Source of the DNA: Chthoniobacteraceae bacterium
GTDB taxonomy: Bacteria > Verrucomicrobiota > Verrucomicrobiia > Chthoniobacterales > Chthoniobacteraceae
Reading direction: 5' to 3'
Length of the DNA: 64,000 nucleotides
NCBI GenBank assembly: GCA_031409335.1
Contig: JANNWY010000095.1
Location: 1 to 64,000, forward strand
Positions 63,105 through 64,000 of this stretch are shown piece by piece. The first letter of the stretch is position 1; every line of letters begins with the position of its first letter. A model generated the notes under the pieces. That model had not been told where the DNA came from. It did not search any database and saw nothing but the letters and a program-made list of their open reading frames with translations. Position numbers and translations under genes: made by a program.

Positions 63105-63474
63105 CGACGCACGTCACCCATTCGCGCAACTAGCCATCAGCTTCCTGCTCTCCGCAGGCGCGCAAGTGTGGCTGAAGTTGGGCGCGGGCAGCGAGGAAAG
63201 CGCGCTCGGTTTTGCCAGCCTGCAATCGCCGTGGGTCTGGCTTGGCATCGTGGCTACCATCGGCAGCCTGCTCACATGGCTGAACGCGCTTCGCACCGTC
63301 CCGCTGAGTCTCGCATTCGCCCTCGCCGGGATTATTCACGCGTTGGTTCCGCTGGCGTCGTGGCTCTTTCTTGCGGAAGCCATTTCGGGGAAACGCTGGA
63401 TAGGCATCACCCTCGTCATCGCCGGCGTGGTCGTCAGCGCGAAGCCCGCGACGATCGTGGAGGGAAAGCTGTGA
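63094..63474 (+). CDS. EamA/SMR (ArnE/F-like) small transporter
   Basis: Four TMs, PLSLAF, FLAEAIS..RWIG motifs. Confidence 0.82.
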   Translation: MNSSDARHPFAQLAISFLLSAGAQVWLKLGAGSEESALGFASLQSPWVWLGIVATIGSLLTWLNALRTVPLSLAFALAGIIHALVPLASWLFLAEAISGKRWIGITLVIAGVVVSAKPATIVEGKL

Positions 63475-63803
63475 ACCCCGCCAGCATCGCTCTCCTCGCT
63501 CTGTTCCTCGCGTGCTCGATTGCCGGCCAGTTGTTATTCAAATCGGCGATGAGCGACACGACTTCGCGCAGGAATTCCGCGCTGACGCTGACCGGCGGCA
63601 TAGCCTTCATGGCGCTGGGATTCTTTGTCTGGCAGGGCCTTCTCGCGCGTTTCGAACTCAGTTTCCTCTACCCATTCGAGGCGCTGGATCGCCTCTTCAT
63701 TCTCCCTGCGGCTGCGTTTTTTCTCCGTGAAAAAATCACCGCGCAACTCTGGATCGGCGTGTTCCTAATCGTCGGTGGCGTGATGCTCGTCGCCTCCAGT
63801 TAG
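63471..63803 (+). CDS. EamA/SMR (ArnE/F-like) small transporter, second subunit
   Basis: GQLLFK, ELSFLYPF, FLREKIT motifs; GTGA overlap. Confidence 0.82.
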   Translation: MNPASIALLALFLACSIAGQLLFKSAMSDTTSRRNSALTLTGGIAFMALGFFVWQGLLARFELSFLYPFEALDRLFILPAAAFFLREKITAQLWIGVFLIVGGVMLVASS

Positions 63804-64000
63804 AGCGGGCCAGATGGTTTGGAAGGCGCGCAGGTTCGCGTCGAAGCTATGCCGACGAGTTTGTGCGGGGTGATCGAAGTGCGCCGCCACACGCTGAGTC
63901 CACGTCTTGTATTCCTGAGCCGAGTACGCGCCGCATAAGTCTCCGCCGATAATCGTTCCACTCGCCGACAACTCGGCAATCGCCCATTTCAAATCCTCCG
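63765..64000 (-). CDS. C-terminal part of a probable arginase/ureohydrolase-fold protein (5'-truncated)
   Basis: Frame is open to the window end; IIGGDLCGAYS resembles the ureohydrolase terminal strand. Confidence 0.5.
   Translation of the reverse strand, partial: EDLKWAIAELSASGTIIGGDLCGAYSAQEYKTWTQRVAAHFDHPAQTRRHSFDANLRAFQTIWPALTGGDEHHATDD

Overview
High-GC bacterial chromosome segment, most likely Verrucomicrobiota (Chthoniobacterales/Spartobacteria-like). This is inferred from PEP-CTERM proteins, a PSCyt/PSD1 cytochrome protein, PQQ-like propellers and the style of the palindromic repeats. The window opens with the tail of a likely accessory island (DUF4041/GIY-YIG protein, K+ channel, decayed nucleotidyltransferase). 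Housekeeping genes include lysC, mreBCD-mrdA, an Rne/Rng nuclease, gltX, aroE, a DEAD-box helicase, ndh, hemL and tRNA-Cys. Other blocks are a DoxX-BNR-MoaD operon, a MoxR/DUF58/BatA/vWA operon, arsC plus aquaporin, an exopolysaccharide export locus (pseudokinase-FGE, beta-barrel, Wza, Wzc) behind a candidate sigma54 promoter, and a GNAT/SMR cluster at the right end. The most striking item is a ~1470-aa ORF (14317-18723). It carries a complete PEP-CTERM sorting signal internally, immediately followed by a second signal peptide and a YVTN-propeller/di-heme cytochrome c with a Kelch propeller inserted between the hemes, making it a candidate bacterial polyprotein. Other highlights are a TPR protein fused to an Hsp70-like substrate-binding domain, an internal start for the aspartokinase beta subunit, an ECF41/42-type promoter, and several families of REP/MITE-like palindromes with a decayed RAYT transposase. 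All family assignments come from motif recognition by eye; no database searches were run.
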